Shown piece after piece: positions 18,668-29,180 of a stretch of 42,276 nt of DNA. The translations under genes and the position numbers were made by a program. This DNA comes from a virus. The DNA lies in the IMG/VR virus record IMGVR_UViG_3300045988_117550, positions 1 through 42,276 of that record; one strand, written 5' to 3'. Below the pieces are notes generated by a model. The model was not told the DNA's origin and did no database searches. It saw nothing but the letters and a program-made list of their open reading frames with translations. Every line of letters starts with the position of its first letter. Positions within the stretch are counted from its first letter, which is position 1.

Positions 18668-19147
18668 TGACGCTAATACTAATTTTCTCTCTTCAAACTT
18701 TATTTGTCGCCCGTATTCTGCTATAAGTAACGCGTCGCATGTTTCTAGTGTTGGACTTAGTTGCGGAAAGCGTTTTATAGCCTCGTCCCTTAATGCTTTT
18801 TTCTTGTCCCTATATTCCAGGCCACGAACTCGGAGTTTTAAATAAGATTGCCATTTTACCGGCAAAACATCTACTCTCGGAAGTTTTAAAGCAGTTAAGA
18901 GTCCTATCAATATGCCGTAATTCTTCCCAAATGAAAAGGCTTGAACTTTCCCGTCCTTTGGCATAGCGTGTACTTCTTCAATAAAAACCGATATATCATA
19001 AGTTAAATCGTACTCTATTAAAAGGTTTACAATGTCGTGATACGTTAGTTTAGCAAAAGAGTAGGCCTTGCGCTCAGCACCGTCCAGCGAAACAAAACTC
19101 ATGCCTCCATGCGCTCCCGGGTCTATTCCAATAATTCCTATTCTCAT
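18650..19147 (-). CDS. RuvC-like Holliday junction resolvase.
   Basis: N-terminal MRIGIIGIDPG motif. Confidence 0.7.
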   Translation of the reverse strand: MRIGIIGIDPGAHGGMSFVSLDGAERKAYSFAKLTYHDIVNLLIEYDLTYDISVFIEEVHAMPKDGKVQAFSFGKNYGILIGLLTALKLPRVDVLPVKWQSYLKLRVRGLEYRDKKKALRDEAIKRFPQLSPTLETCDALLIAEYGRQIKFEERKLVLASEKTIG

Positions 19148-19575
19148 TTTAAGCCCCCTAGAATGCGATTTAAGAGCGTTGGTTTATTTTCTTTAAAAAA
19201 TATATGGATACAAACTTTATTTTTCATAGCTGGCGTTTCTACCCCCTTAGCTTTAAGTTCTTTGTAATTCTGTTCGTTATTCATGAACTTTTTAAAAATT
19301 TCTCGTAATTCGTCTTCAAAAAATGGGTTATAAAATTCTTGGGCCACCATTTTAATAAGCATATACTGGGGGATACACATTATTAGCTCTGAATACGCAC
19401 CCTGTAGCCAGATATAAACCCCGTCTAAAAATCTTTTTTCGTCAATAACTGTACAAATTGTAGGTTTTACATCAGAAAATGGGAATAGCATAAACGCGTG
19501 GCGTCTTATTCTTTCGTATATAAGGCTTTCAATGTTATTGCCGTCTTTTTCGTTAAATATTCTTTTTATTGTCAT
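19144..19575 (-). CDS. Hypothetical protein.
   Basis: ORF within an operon, overlapping its neighbours. Confidence 0.4.
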   Translation of the reverse strand: MTIKRIFNEKDGNNIESLIYERIRRHAFMLFPFSDVKPTICTVIDEKRFLDGVYIWLQGAYSELIMCIPQYMLIKMVAQEFYNPFFEDELREIFKKFMNNEQNYKELKAKGVETPAMKNKVCIHIFFKENKPTLLNRILGGLK

Positions 19576-19756
19576 ACCCTCTACCTCTTTCTTTTTTAGT
19601 TAGGTGGTACCTATTACATAAAGGGCATTTGTAAACAAACAATTTCAGCCCTTTTTCTTCTTCAATTTTCTTTGCTATTCCAAGCGCGTAGTCTTTCGTT
19701 CGGTATGCCTTTTTGTGCAAGCAAGTCCTCCACATTGTTTGTGCCGTCCATGTCAT
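19553..19756 (-). CDS. Small Cys-containing protein, possibly a zinc ribbon.
   Basis: CPLCNRYH motif. Confidence 0.3.
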   Translation of the reverse strand: MTWTAQTMWRTCLHKKAYRTKDYALGIAKKIEEEKGLKLFVYKCPLCNRYHLTKKERGRGYDNKKNI

Positions 19757-20124
19757 ACTAACCTCGCTTTCAGTTGCGCTCTGCGTGTATTTTCTGCTCT
19801 TGATACTATTTCTAGGTTTTCAAATCTATTATCAAAAGTATTACCATTTACATGATCCACGACGTACCCTTTAGGAACAGACGGTATAAGCACTCTATGA
19901 ACTTGTTTGACATAAGGCACCATTGTTACGGGGTGTTTACCGTACACACACGGGTATAGCGTTGGGTTTCTTCCCTCGCGTTTAGTGTTTGTGCTTTGAA
20001 TACAAAGCCCTTTAAAGCCCGGAAAACTAAAAAGAATTTTATACGAGCTTCGATTAAGTTTTAATAAATGCCTACCATTAGTCTTAGAGTCAATGTATAG
20101 GCTAACGCATTCTTGTTGTATCAT
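19753..20124 (-). CDS. HNH endonuclease.
   Basis: VDHVNGNTFDNRFENLEIVSRAEN motif. Confidence 0.65.
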   Translation of the reverse strand: MIQQECVSLYIDSKTNGRHLLKLNRSSYKILFSFPGFKGLCIQSTNTKREGRNPTLYPCVYGKHPVTMVPYVKQVHRVLIPSVPKGYVVDHVNGNTFDNRFENLEIVSRAENTRRAQLKARLV

Positions 20125-22157
20125 TTCCTATACCTCTCACCTATCCAGCCCTCTGCAACGATAGGACACGTAGTCGCCCATTCTGGAGTCGTACATAAAA
20201 GTTTTTCAAACTCTTTAACGTCCCCCGTCCCTTTTTTACAAGAGGCCACAACCTCATCATGCACAGTCATTCTGATTTTATAACCGTGTTTTTCAAGATT
20301 AAGCATGCCCCAGGCCATTAAGTCCCTAGCGGTTGCTTGTACTATGTTTTCCACGATAGCCCCGCCGTAAGTATGCTGACGTTCCAATTTACGCGTAACA
20401 GGGTTTTCAGCCATAAAGGTAAGTTGTTCTTTGATTTCGCCCCATTTCGTTTCAATAGGTTTGATAACAGGCTCACAATAAGCAATACATCTGCCAGAAA
20501 GTAATCGGCAATATAGAAATTTGCCCTGTACTTTCCACATAACGGGCCCCTCTTTAATAATTCGCCCTGCCTCTCTTACGGCTCTTATAGCTGCTCTTTC
20601 TTGGGCGTACCAAAATGCTACTACTTCTGGGTATGTTGCACGATATGTTTTTACAACCAGATCCGCCGTTTCTCTTGAAATATCTAAGCCCGTTTGTGTT
20701 TTTACTTGTGCCTTAAATCTATCCGGCCCCATTTGATAACCGCAACCCAAAACACCCGTCTTACCTAGTTGTCGTTCGTCTTTATCTTTTTTAGTAATCT
20801 TGCGTTTGTATATTTCAGAGGCAAGTTCACAATAAATGTCCGCCCCCTCTCTAAAAGCCTTTAGTCCTTTTTCTGCCCCAGCAAGCCATAAAACCACACG
20901 GGCCTCAATTGCAGAAAAGTCCGCGGCGATTAAGTCTTCCCCGTCCTCTGCTTTGATAAAGCCTCTAAGTGCCGTACTTATCGCGTCCACGACATTAGGA
21001 TATATAAACTCAAACGTATCGTAATCAAGAGTTTTTAAGTCCTCGATAACTTTGTCGCTATCATAAGACTTATCGCCTCGGGGAAAGTTCTGTACTTGTA
21101 TCCCCTTACCGCTCCAACGTCCGGTAGAGGCCCCGTGGTACATGAGAATATCGCGTATATTTCCGTCGGGGCATATACACAATTTCATTGTTTCCAGTTT
21201 AGATGTTGACGATTTACCCGCTTGTTGACGAATTTCTAATATTCTACGTATTTTAGAATCTGTACAGACTTTTAAATATTCCGTAATGTTCGTAGCGTTT
21301 AAGTTTGGTAGTTCCGTTTCGTCCACAAAGTCCCTGATGTATCGGGTGAGTTTTGCTACTTCCGTTGCTTTAGAAACGGCACCGCTAGTTAAATCAAGCA
21401 ACTCGTTATTGAGTTTATCCTTAAATATCGTTACGAATTTTATCGCTTTGTCTAACGCCGCTCTATCAATATTTACGCCCCTAGCGTTAATAATCTGGTC
21501 TAGTTTCCAAACTTCACGCTCTAGTGGGATAAGAGGCGGTAATGCGTTATCAATAGCTGACTCAACTACTACGTCTTGTTCGCAATAGTCATATAAAACC
21601 TTATAATCCTCCTCTTTATCGTTCCATATAGTCTTATCTTTCGCACTAATTTTTTTAGGCTTAGACATTTTCATCATTATTCTTTTACCGGTTTCATCTT
21701 TTTTTTGTGTAAGATGTAAAGCAATAGCACATTTCCCCAACGCTCTTGGTAAAGCGTGAGCAGCTGCCTTACTTGCCGTACATTCCCAACGGTTGAAGTC
21801 TTTTAGTTCCGGAAAACCGTAAGCCTTTGCCAGTATGTTATTCCACATGCAATACTCAAACATTGAGTTATGAGCAAAAAATCGTACGTCTTTGTTTTTT
21901 GCAAGATCAATAATTTTTTCTACTGCGATAATATCAGCTCGATCATCAGGATACACACAACTCATAATATGGTTATCGAACCAACTATTAAAAAGTTCTT
22001 TTGTTATAGTTGCGTGGAAAGTTTGCCCGTTAGGGTATTCAACTCGATAGCATAAGCAAAGTACGGTAGTTGAGGGGTCGAGGCTATAACGCCACGGCCC
22101 AACATCTACAACACTTAATACACTTCGAGTTTCAAAATCTAAGTGTACTTTTATCAT
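20121..22157 (-). CDS. Family A DNA polymerase with a 3'-5' exonuclease domain.
   Basis: DFET and YCEQD exonuclease motifs. Polymerase motifs DFSAIEARV, RQLGKTGVLGCGYQMG and VHDEVV. Confidence 0.85.
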   Translation of the reverse strand: MIKVHLDFETRSVLSVVDVGPWRYSLDPSTTVLCLCYRVEYPNGQTFHATITKELFNSWFDNHIMSCVYPDDRADIIAVEKIIDLAKNKDVRFFAHNSMFEYCMWNNILAKAYGFPELKDFNRWECTASKAAAHALPRALGKCAIALHLTQKKDETGKRIMMKMSKPKKISAKDKTIWNDKEEDYKVLYDYCEQDVVVESAIDNALPPLIPLEREVWKLDQIINARGVNIDRAALDKAIKFVTIFKDKLNNELLDLTSGAVSKATEVAKLTRYIRDFVDETELPNLNATNITEYLKVCTDSKIRRILEIRQQAGKSSTSKLETMKLCICPDGNIRDILMYHGASTGRWSGKGIQVQNFPRGDKSYDSDKVIEDLKTLDYDTFEFIYPNVVDAISTALRGFIKAEDGEDLIAADFSAIEARVVLWLAGAEKGLKAFREGADIYCELASEIYKRKITKKDKDERQLGKTGVLGCGYQMGPDRFKAQVKTQTGLDISRETADLVVKTYRATYPEVVAFWYAQERAAIRAVREAGRIIKEGPVMWKVQGKFLYCRLLSGRCIAYCEPVIKPIETKWGEIKEQLTFMAENPVTRKLERQHTYGGAIVENIVQATARDLMAWGMLNLEKHGYKIRMTVHDEVVASCKKGTGDVKEFEKLLCTTPEWATTCPIVAEGWIGERYRK

Positions 22158-22714
22158 GCGAGAATATCCCCCATGATGTCTGCCTCGTCGGTAACTGCCT
22201 CACCAGCAAATGCAGCAAAGTCATTCTCTGCGGTTGCTCTTGAAGATAAAGGCTCGCCGTCTTTTACTTTCATAAGGTTTTGAAGTCCGAAAGAAACACC
22301 TTTACCACCGCCCTTATCATAAGCGTAAGCCGTTAGTGTTGCTCTCATATAACAACCACTATATACTTCGCTTGGATCCATAATAGGTTGTATAAGAGCA
22401 TTCACTACACCCGGAGGGGCGATAGTAGTTTTTGCGTTTGCTACAAACTTGTCTTTGTCTTCCGGATACTTTTCTGTGTCCCCCGCGTTACCGTCTTTAA
22501 GCGGTAATTTTAAGCCTCTTGGCGGATTACTGCCCCATTTATCGGCAATAGCCTCTTTAATGATAGCTTTTAAGTCCGATAAATCAGCGTCTTTATCGAA
22601 TATCATTTTAATAGAATACTCGTCTTTTCCGCTTTGTTCGTTTTTTCTTGGTGTAAATACGTACACAAAACTTGCTCTGAATACAGGCGTAACAATTTTT
22701 CTTCCATTTGCCAT
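22154..22714 (-). CDS. ssDNA-binding protein candidate with an acidic C-terminal tail.
   Basis: Position upstream of the polymerase. C-terminal DEADIMGDILA. Confidence 0.45.
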   Translation of the reverse strand: MANGRKIVTPVFRASFVYVFTPRKNEQSGKDEYSIKMIFDKDADLSDLKAIIKEAIADKWGSNPPRGLKLPLKDGNAGDTEKYPEDKDKFVANAKTTIAPPGVVNALIQPIMDPSEVYSGCYMRATLTAYAYDKGGGKGVSFGLQNLMKVKDGEPLSSRATAENDFAAFAGEAVTDEADIMGDILA

Positions 22715-22740
22715 GGTTTTTTCTCCTTTTTCTCTGTTTT

Positions 22741-22753
22741 TCTGTTCGACAAT
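22741..22753 (-). promoter_or_regulatory. Conserved motif (TTGTCGAACAGA on the minus strand), copy 4, upstream of the SSB/DNA polymerase operon.
   Basis: Motif match. Confidence 0.45.
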
Positions 22754-22762
22754 TTGCTATTT

Positions 22763-24070
22763 TTACAGTCCTAAATCTTCAAGATTTTGGAAGTCCGCAA
22801 TAGCTGACGGTGTTTGTTTTTCTCTTTGGTCTTCTTCTCTTACGAGAACATTTTTGCCCTCTGGCCTAAACCAATAATTTGTTAAAAGTTCTTTTGAGCC
22901 TTTAATCATTTTTTCGACTTGCGCCGGAGTTTTTAGAGTCTTAGTAAATAGGCTATCATAATCAGCCCCTAACTCTAATTCTAGCATTGAGGCTATGTTT
23001 TCGTCGGTATCGTTCCATTTTCTATGCGTTTTAGTGGACTTAACGAGTTTATAGCCCTCAATAGTTTTACCGCTTTCCAGTAGCTTTTCTGCGTAAGTCT
23101 TAACTTCCTTAATATAATTTTCCAATAATTCCGCGTTATCAAGAAATAGTTTAAGTTCCTCCTCGGTTAATTCTTGCGGAGCTTTTATTCTATTTTCGCT
23201 AACGGGTTTTTGAAAATCTATCTTAGCAAGTTCATAAGACTTATCACGCATAGCTGGACATATTAACTTTGCGGTACAAAAACGGCACCATTTACCGGCG
23301 CATGTATTAGCATTAGGGTTTCTTGTTTCCGCGATACGTTGCTTTAATTCTTCTTTGAATTGTGCAACATATTCCGGAGTTGTTACCCAACGACGGACAG
23401 GGCCATTAGAGTGGTTTGCTCTTGGTTGGACGATAACAAGCTCAATGTTTTTAAAGCTCATTAGCTTATCACCAGCTGCACCGATAGCATAGTAAAGCAT
23501 TTGTTTATTCTCTACCGCCTCAACAGGAATACCGGCGCCATACTTAAAGTCATAAACAATAAGCGTTTCGTCTGGGACAAATATAGACGCGTCGTTAGTT
23601 CCTCTTGCGTCAGAGTCAACGTCTGTTAGTTGAAAATCTTTTTCTATATTCGTCCATGGCTGATAAGGTTTTTCTCTCGTTGCCTTATCTAAGGCCTCCC
23701 ACGCATTAGGTAATCCCGTTGTAGGGTTTTTTCTTATAGAGTTTTCAATAGTGCAACCGATACGCTTAATGTCTTCAAGAATAGTATCGACATATAAATT
23801 TACGGCGTCTGCCATTTCGTCTGTTACTTTGAAAACAAAATCGTCAGCCTCTATGCTTTCCCCGATCATGCTGGTAGCGTCCCATTTGCAACCGTGAGCG
23901 ATTTTATTGGTTAGGACTTTTTCGCATAATTCATGTGCCGCGGTCCCCTCCGCAGCGAATTTTGAGGGTGCCGCCGGTGGGAGTTTTGCCATTAAGGCAT
24001 TACTCCCCGGACAGTTCCACCAACGCTCACAAGAGGACGCACCTACTTTACTGTGAAATACTGGTGGCAC
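22763..24070 (-). CDS. PD-(D/E)XK nuclease, DUF2800/Cas4-like, with a C-terminal Cys cluster.
   Basis: N-terminal SSCERWWNCPGS. C-terminal C..C...C Cys cluster. Confidence 0.7.
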   Translation of the reverse strand: MPPVFHSKVGASSCERWWNCPGSNALMAKLPPAAPSKFAAEGTAAHELCEKVLTNKIAHGCKWDATSMIGESIEADDFVFKVTDEMADAVNLYVDTILEDIKRIGCTIENSIRKNPTTGLPNAWEALDKATREKPYQPWTNIEKDFQLTDVDSDARGTNDASIFVPDETLIVYDFKYGAGIPVEAVENKQMLYYAIGAAGDKLMSFKNIELVIVQPRANHSNGPVRRWVTTPEYVAQFKEELKQRIAETRNPNANTCAGKWCRFCTAKLICPAMRDKSYELAKIDFQKPVSENRIKAPQELTEEELKLFLDNAELLENYIKEVKTYAEKLLESGKTIEGYKLVKSTKTHRKWNDTDENIASMLELELGADYDSLFTKTLKTPAQVEKMIKGSKELLTNYWFRPEGKNVLVREEDQREKQTPSAIADFQNLEDLGL

Positions 24071-25914
24071 TATGCAGCCCTCCCTAAGCTATTAAGTTCA
24101 GTAACAACTGCCTCAAATTTTTCTTGTGGGATTTCTGTAACTTTAGAGCAATTATATTTAGCTAAAATCTCTTTTGCTTTTGCTACAGACGTATTTCTAT
24201 CTTTGCTATATCTAGCAATAAATTGGCTGAATGCGGTTCTTACGTCGTCTTGCGTATAAACTCTAGCCGGTTCTGGTACATTTTCAACTTCTGCCATGAA
24301 GTCGTCAACATCAGTAGTAACAGGCTCAACAGGTTCAGCCTCAACAACCGGTGTTGACTCTACTGGTTCTGCTTTTTTAGTTGCGGCTTTTTTAGTTGTT
24401 TTCTTTTTAGGTTCTTCTTTTGGCTCTGTAGCACAAGAGTTACAAGCTAATTCAGCCGTGCTTGCAATTCCGATCATAGCGTTTTGAACTTCTACTAATT
24501 TTTCTAAAGAGTTCGCAATTCTTTCTAAATTTTCTTCAATTGTCATGTCTTTTTTCTCCTTTTCTTTTTTCATGTTCGACACTATACTCTCATTTGTTGA
24601 GATTAATTTTTCTATAACCTTTTTCTTTTTTATAACCGACTGTAGCATGTTGTCCTCTAATGTGTCCGGTACAACTAAGTAATGTGCAACAACCGGGTTG
24701 GTTTGCCCTATACGTCGTATTCTATCACGGGCTTGGTCTATGTTTCCCGGTACCCAGTCAATTTCTGCAAATACTACATGGCTTGCGACTTTTTGTAATC
24801 CGTCAACGCCAAAACCCGCCGCCGTGTATTGCCCTACAAAAATATGACTGTTGGGATCTGAAACAAATAAATCTACTTCCATTTGCTTTAATCGAGACGT
24901 AAGCCCACCGGCAACAACTCTTACACCGTAGCCTTTTAAGTCTTTTCGGATCTTGTCAATAACTTCTCTATGGTAAGCAAATACTACTACTTTTTGTTGT
25001 GTTAAGAGCAAATTACGTAAGTAATCTGTTACTTGAGGGAGTTTTGCAAGTCCTAAAAGTCTTCTAGTTGTTGCCTGTATGCCTAAATCGCTATTTTCGC
25101 TAAATTCATTAGCGTTTTCGTATAATTCTTGCTCATTATTTAAAACGTGTTCTATTTCCGGAGTCAATTCAAGCGGTATAGTTTTTTCAATTAAAGGCGG
25201 TAGTTCTTTTAAAACTTCGTCTTTGGTACGTCTTAACATAAAAGGCTTAATCTTCTCTGCGAGTTCATCTATATTAGACGCCCCTTTATCATTTAAAGCC
25301 CCATAGCTATCATAATACGCGCCGCAATACCTTTGAGCGTAAGCCTCATAGCTCGTATATGGCTCAATACAATGCGGAGCAAATACTTTTAGCATTATGA
25401 AAAAATCTTTTGGACGGTTTCTAACTGGAGTACCAGTTAGCAAATATGCTCTTTTAGCCCCTCTAATAATTCCAAATTGTGTATCATAAACGGCTTTTGT
25501 TCTCTTTGCGTCGCTATTAGACAATACATGAGCCTCATCTAATATAACCACGTCATAATCTAAGTCGCGTAATTGTTTACGAATTTCTTTATATATAACT
25601 AAATCATAATTACAGATAATAACATCAGCGGTTTTGTCGATTTTATCCGCTACGTGCAAAACAACTTGGCATTTTAAATCGTTTCTAATCCAACTTTTTA
25701 GCTCTCTTTCCCAATTGAATTTTAATGTAGCAAGTGTAAGAATTAAAGCTCTTTTGCACTTTAATTCTTTTATAACCGTCGCTGCTTGGACGGTTTTACC
25801 TAGCCCCATATCGTCCGCTAGTAATGCCGTTTTTTGGCTTGTCATAAATTTTACGCCTGTTTTTTGAAAATCTTTTAACTGTTTCATCTGTTTCCCTGTT
25901 TTTCTGCATTTCAA
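24070..25914 (-). CDS. SNF2-family helicase with a low-complexity K/E/P-rich C-terminal region.
   Basis: LADDMGLGKT and VILDEAH motifs. Confidence 0.85.
   Translation of the reverse strand: MKCRKTGKQMKQLKDFQKTGVKFMTSQKTALLADDMGLGKTVQAATVIKELKCKRALILTLATLKFNWERELKSWIRNDLKCQVVLHVADKIDKTADVIICNYDLVIYKEIRKQLRDLDYDVVILDEAHVLSNSDAKRTKAVYDTQFGIIRGAKRAYLLTGTPVRNRPKDFFIMLKVFAPHCIEPYTSYEAYAQRYCGAYYDSYGALNDKGASNIDELAEKIKPFMLRRTKDEVLKELPPLIEKTIPLELTPEIEHVLNNEQELYENANEFSENSDLGIQATTRRLLGLAKLPQVTDYLRNLLLTQQKVVVFAYHREVIDKIRKDLKGYGVRVVAGGLTSRLKQMEVDLFVSDPNSHIFVGQYTAAGFGVDGLQKVASHVVFAEIDWVPGNIDQARDRIRRIGQTNPVVAHYLVVPDTLEDNMLQSVIKKKKVIEKLISTNESIVSNMKKEKEKKDMTIEENLERIANSLEKLVEVQNAMIGIASTAELACNSCATEPKEEPKKKTTKKAATKKAEPVESTPVVEAEPVEPVTTDVDDFMAEVENVPEPARVYTQDDVRTAFSQFIARYSKDRNTSVAKAKEILAKYNCSKVTEIPQEKFEAVVTELNSLGRAA
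24571..24583 (-). promoter_or_regulatory. Conserved motif (TGTCGAACATG on the minus strand), copy 5, inside the SNF2 ORF. An SD plus in-frame ATG follows at 24546.
   Basis: Motif plus aaggagaaaaaagacATG downstream. Confidence 0.4.
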
Positions 25915-25923
25915 TTTTTGCTA

Positions 25924-28038
25924 TTATTCAAGCCCTAAAGCACTTAAAGACATATTAGGTAATCTGAATGCGTTTGTCGTCTTTGCCTGTTTCTTATGGT
26001 AAAATTTGCCTTTTTCCCAGCCTAATTCTTTTACCATGATATGCGCAACACGGCTTAATTCTCTATTAGTCGTACGGCTTACCGTTATGCCGATACATTC
26101 TTCAAGAATTTCGCGACTTGTTACAACAGTTCTAGCCGCCCCTAATTCTAGGTCCGGTTTAGCTAACCAATCTTTTATAGGTTCTAGCCATGGATCCTGT
26201 TGTCTTCGTTTTTCTGTTTCTTCGTGTGCAATTCTCGCTATATCGTCGTCTAAATACAATTTTTCACCTCTAAAATATCTGTCGCACGCCTCCGCTAGTA
26301 ATTGTTCGCGTGCGGCTTTTAAACCCTCAATATTAACTTTTTTACACGTAACGGGCCAAAAACGTCTATTGCCTGTAACGTCTTTTAGGTATCCGCTACC
26401 CTCTTCGGGGTTGATAGTACCGATAAAGATACTTTGTCTTGGGTAATCCTCCGCATTTCTACGGTATGCAAGTCTTACACGATCAGTAGTTTTAGAAAGA
26501 AAAGACTTTAATTTATCTGTGTCAACTTTTCTACTACATACCATTTCTGATACTTCAATAATCCAATTTCCGCGCATAGCGTCAATAGTATCTTTATCGC
26601 TATCAGTTATTGAAACGTCCCCGTACCACTCACCGCCTAGAATATTTACAAGTGTACTTTTACCAATACCCTGCTCACCCTCTAAAACAAGCATAGTATC
26701 GAATTTAATGCCCGGATTAAATACTCGGCCAACCGCCCCAATAAGGACTTTAGCCCCTACGGCTCTTGTGTATGCGTTATCATCAACACCCGCAAAATCT
26801 GAAAGCCATGTATCTAAACGGCTTTTCCCGTCCCATGTAATGCTTTTTAAATAATCTCTTACGGGGTGATACCTAAACTTTTCAGCGGCAATAATAGCCG
26901 CCTCTTGGCATAACGGCGTAGAAACATTAAAAAATCTTACGCGACTTAACCAGTATTTAAAATTAATAGCGTCGGAATCAGTCCATGAGCCTAATTTTTT
27001 GCCGTTATGCCATGGCGCCGGTTTTACAAAAGTTATATCGTTTGTAAAATCGTTGTATTTAAGTATCCCCAAAAACGGATAGTCTTTGCATAACAAATAA
27101 TTTACGACATTACGGATTGTAGGCTTAATGGCATTGTTTTTATCAATGTCCCATATAAGTTTTTCAACGTCTTCCCCGACTTCGTCCTCGTCCATATCGC
27201 GGAATTGAGCAAAGTCGTTAGCTGCTGTGTTTTTTCCCACTTTATCAGCATTATAGGCATAGGCGTTATGTACTTTTTTCTTTAAGTCTTCAAGTTCCCA
27301 CTCTGGTTGGCAGCGAATATTCCAATATTCCGACATAAGCTCAAAAGTTTTCATTTCTGATAATGCCAAATCTCTGCCACGGCAAGCGGTTTTGAATGTT
27401 GTAATGTCGCCGCCCTCACCCTCAATAGCCGCTGGTGCGGTTTGCAAATATGTTATATACCTTTTTACATTCTGCTCTTCGTCAGAAAAGTCCATTTGCT
27501 TTTCTGCGAGTTCTATTTCTTGTCTTTTAATAGCATTGAGTAAGGTTTCCGGGGCTTGTATAGGTTGAAATGCGTTATTCTTTACCTCGTACGCTTTCCC
27601 TGTGTCTGGGTGAATACTACCAGCACCTACAACTTGTTGGCCAACGCTTTTAAATTCTATTCCGGGATATTCTTTTAAAGCGTTCCTTACCGGAATATCA
27701 GCGGGCTTTTTGAAATATATGTGTAGCCCATTCCCACCAGTCTTTACAACAAAAGTGTCTTTTGAAGAAAAATGTAGATCCGCGAAAAGTTTTAATAAAA
27801 CATTTTCGTCCTTTGGAAACCTGCGCGGATCTACGTCAACGATTAAGTCATCACTACGTAATACTACCCCGTAGTTCCCCTCAAAATCACATGCTTGTAT
27901 TAATGGATCATATTCAGTTTTTACCCAGTCCTTTATTGTCGGAATTTTACCATTGAGCGGTGTTAAAGTGTAGCCCGCGTCAATGTAACCCTCTATAAGA
28001 CTTTCCCTACTTAACATCACTATCCGGCTGCTCCACAT
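25924..28038 (-). CDS. DNA primase-polymerase (prim-pol) fused to a D5/P4-like P-loop helicase.
   Basis: Prim-pol DVDPRR region. P-loop EGEQGIGKST. Confidence 0.8.
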   Translation of the reverse strand: MWSSRIVMLSRESLIEGYIDAGYTLTPLNGKIPTIKDWVKTEYDPLIQACDFEGNYGVVLRSDDLIVDVDPRRFPKDENVLLKLFADLHFSSKDTFVVKTGGNGLHIYFKKPADIPVRNALKEYPGIEFKSVGQQVVGAGSIHPDTGKAYEVKNNAFQPIQAPETLLNAIKRQEIELAEKQMDFSDEEQNVKRYITYLQTAPAAIEGEGGDITTFKTACRGRDLALSEMKTFELMSEYWNIRCQPEWELEDLKKKVHNAYAYNADKVGKNTAANDFAQFRDMDEDEVGEDVEKLIWDIDKNNAIKPTIRNVVNYLLCKDYPFLGILKYNDFTNDITFVKPAPWHNGKKLGSWTDSDAINFKYWLSRVRFFNVSTPLCQEAAIIAAEKFRYHPVRDYLKSITWDGKSRLDTWLSDFAGVDDNAYTRAVGAKVLIGAVGRVFNPGIKFDTMLVLEGEQGIGKSTLVNILGGEWYGDVSITDSDKDTIDAMRGNWIIEVSEMVCSRKVDTDKLKSFLSKTTDRVRLAYRRNAEDYPRQSIFIGTINPEEGSGYLKDVTGNRRFWPVTCKKVNIEGLKAAREQLLAEACDRYFRGEKLYLDDDIARIAHEETEKRRQQDPWLEPIKDWLAKPDLELGAARTVVTSREILEECIGITVSRTTNRELSRVAHIMVKELGWEKGKFYHKKQAKTTNAFRLPNMSLSALGLE

Positions 28039-28222
28039 ATTTATTCGCTATTGCTAAAGAGTCCACTTTTTCTGGATCGAAATACCAATTATCATCAACC
28101 CACTTTACGGCTGGGACTTTTCCTGTTCTTGCGAAATGACTCCATGCGGAACGTGTACCGCCTTTAAGTTCTGCCATTTCAGAAGACGAATAATGTGTAA
28201 CGCCGCTAATAACTCGCGCCAT
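28007..28222 (-). CDS. Small protein, possibly DNA-binding, first gene of the replication operon.
   Basis: ORF with an SD (ggaggtagagagaATG). Confidence 0.35.
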   Translation of the reverse strand: MARVISGVTHYSSSEMAELKGGTRSAWSHFARTGKVPAVKWVDDNWYFDPEKVDSLAIANKYVEQPDSDVK

Positions 28223-28253
28223 TCTCTCTACCTCCGAAAAGTTAAATATTCTA

Positions 28254-28267
28254 TTGTGTTCGACAAT
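28254..28267 (-). promoter_or_regulatory. Conserved motif (ATTGTCGAACACAA on the minus strand), copy 6.
   Basis: Motif match. Confidence 0.5.
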
Positions 28268-28352
28268 ATAGGCTAATAAACCTATGTGTATTATTATCCA
28301 CGCTAATAAAGTTTTGTCAAGTATTATAAGTAAACTTTACAAAACTTTAATA

Positions 28353-28685
28353 CTACCAGCGACCGTACAATGGCGCAATAAAAATAACGTCTGGACCGCT
28401 TGATGTATCGGGCATAACACATTCACCCGTCATGTGGTCATAATAGACTAACGGGCTTTTACCAGATTTGCCCTCGGCTTTATTCCATTCTCGGGCCATG
28501 CTCTCGCAATACCTAGCTTTGCTTTCTGCATATTGAGCCTGTACAACTCTTAGCTTTTCAGCGTTTTTATACGATTTAGTGCTAGTCGTATCATACCCAT
28601 AGTTATGTAATAGCTGATTTATATTTTCAGCGTGTACAGGTAGCGACAACATTAAAATTAAAAATGCGAATACATATTTTTTCAT
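28353..28685 (-). CDS. Secreted protein with an N-terminal signal peptide.
   Basis: MKKYVFAFLILMLSLPVHA, then a likely cleavage site. Confidence 0.5.
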   Translation of the reverse strand: MKKYVFAFLILMLSLPVHAENINQLLHNYGYDTTSTKSYKNAEKLRVVQAQYAESKARYCESMAREWNKAEGKSGKSPLVYYDHMTGECVMPDTSSGPDVIFIAPLYGRW

Positions 28686-28744
28686 ATCTTCATTATTCCT
28701 TATTTTAAAATTTTTGCAAGGTCTTTGTTAAGAAAAGTTACTTA

Positions 28745-28996
28745 CTAAAAACCAAAATAATCCGTAGGATAGCCTGCGAGTGCCTCGTATTCCTCTTCCT
28801 TTTCCCTTTCAATAGCTTTTAAAATATCTTTTTGTAAAAGCCTCAAAGAACTTAATATGCTACCTTGTGTTACGGTATCTAAAAGCCATTGTAAATACCC
28901 CGGGTTCTCTTCCAATACGTTTTGTATCGTCCACCCCTTATATTTCCCAAAAACTAATACTGTATTTAAAGCATCATATTTTTCAAAAGTCATCAT
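28745..28996 (-). CDS. Hypothetical protein.
   Basis: ORF. Confidence 0.35.
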   Translation of the reverse strand: MMTFEKYDALNTVLVFGKYKGWTIQNVLEENPGYLQWLLDTVTQGSILSSLRLLQKDILKAIEREKEEEYEALAGYPTDYFGF

Positions 28997-29180
28997 ACTA
29001 GTTCCTCCAACAAAATTCCGCTAAGGATATGTGTAATAACATCAACAGTCCAACCATTCCCTAGCATTTTATATCTTTGGGTATTACTTACGCCCTCTGT
29101 GTACCCCTCTGGTATAGTTTGTAAGCGTTCACATTCAAGCGGGGTTAGTTTTCTAACGATATAATCACCGTCTGGTAAAT

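Noticed and set aside
20521-22055. Short + strand ORFs inside the DNA polymerase gene and - strand ORFs inside other long genes.
   Set aside because: Antisense overlaps with no RBS and no conserved features.
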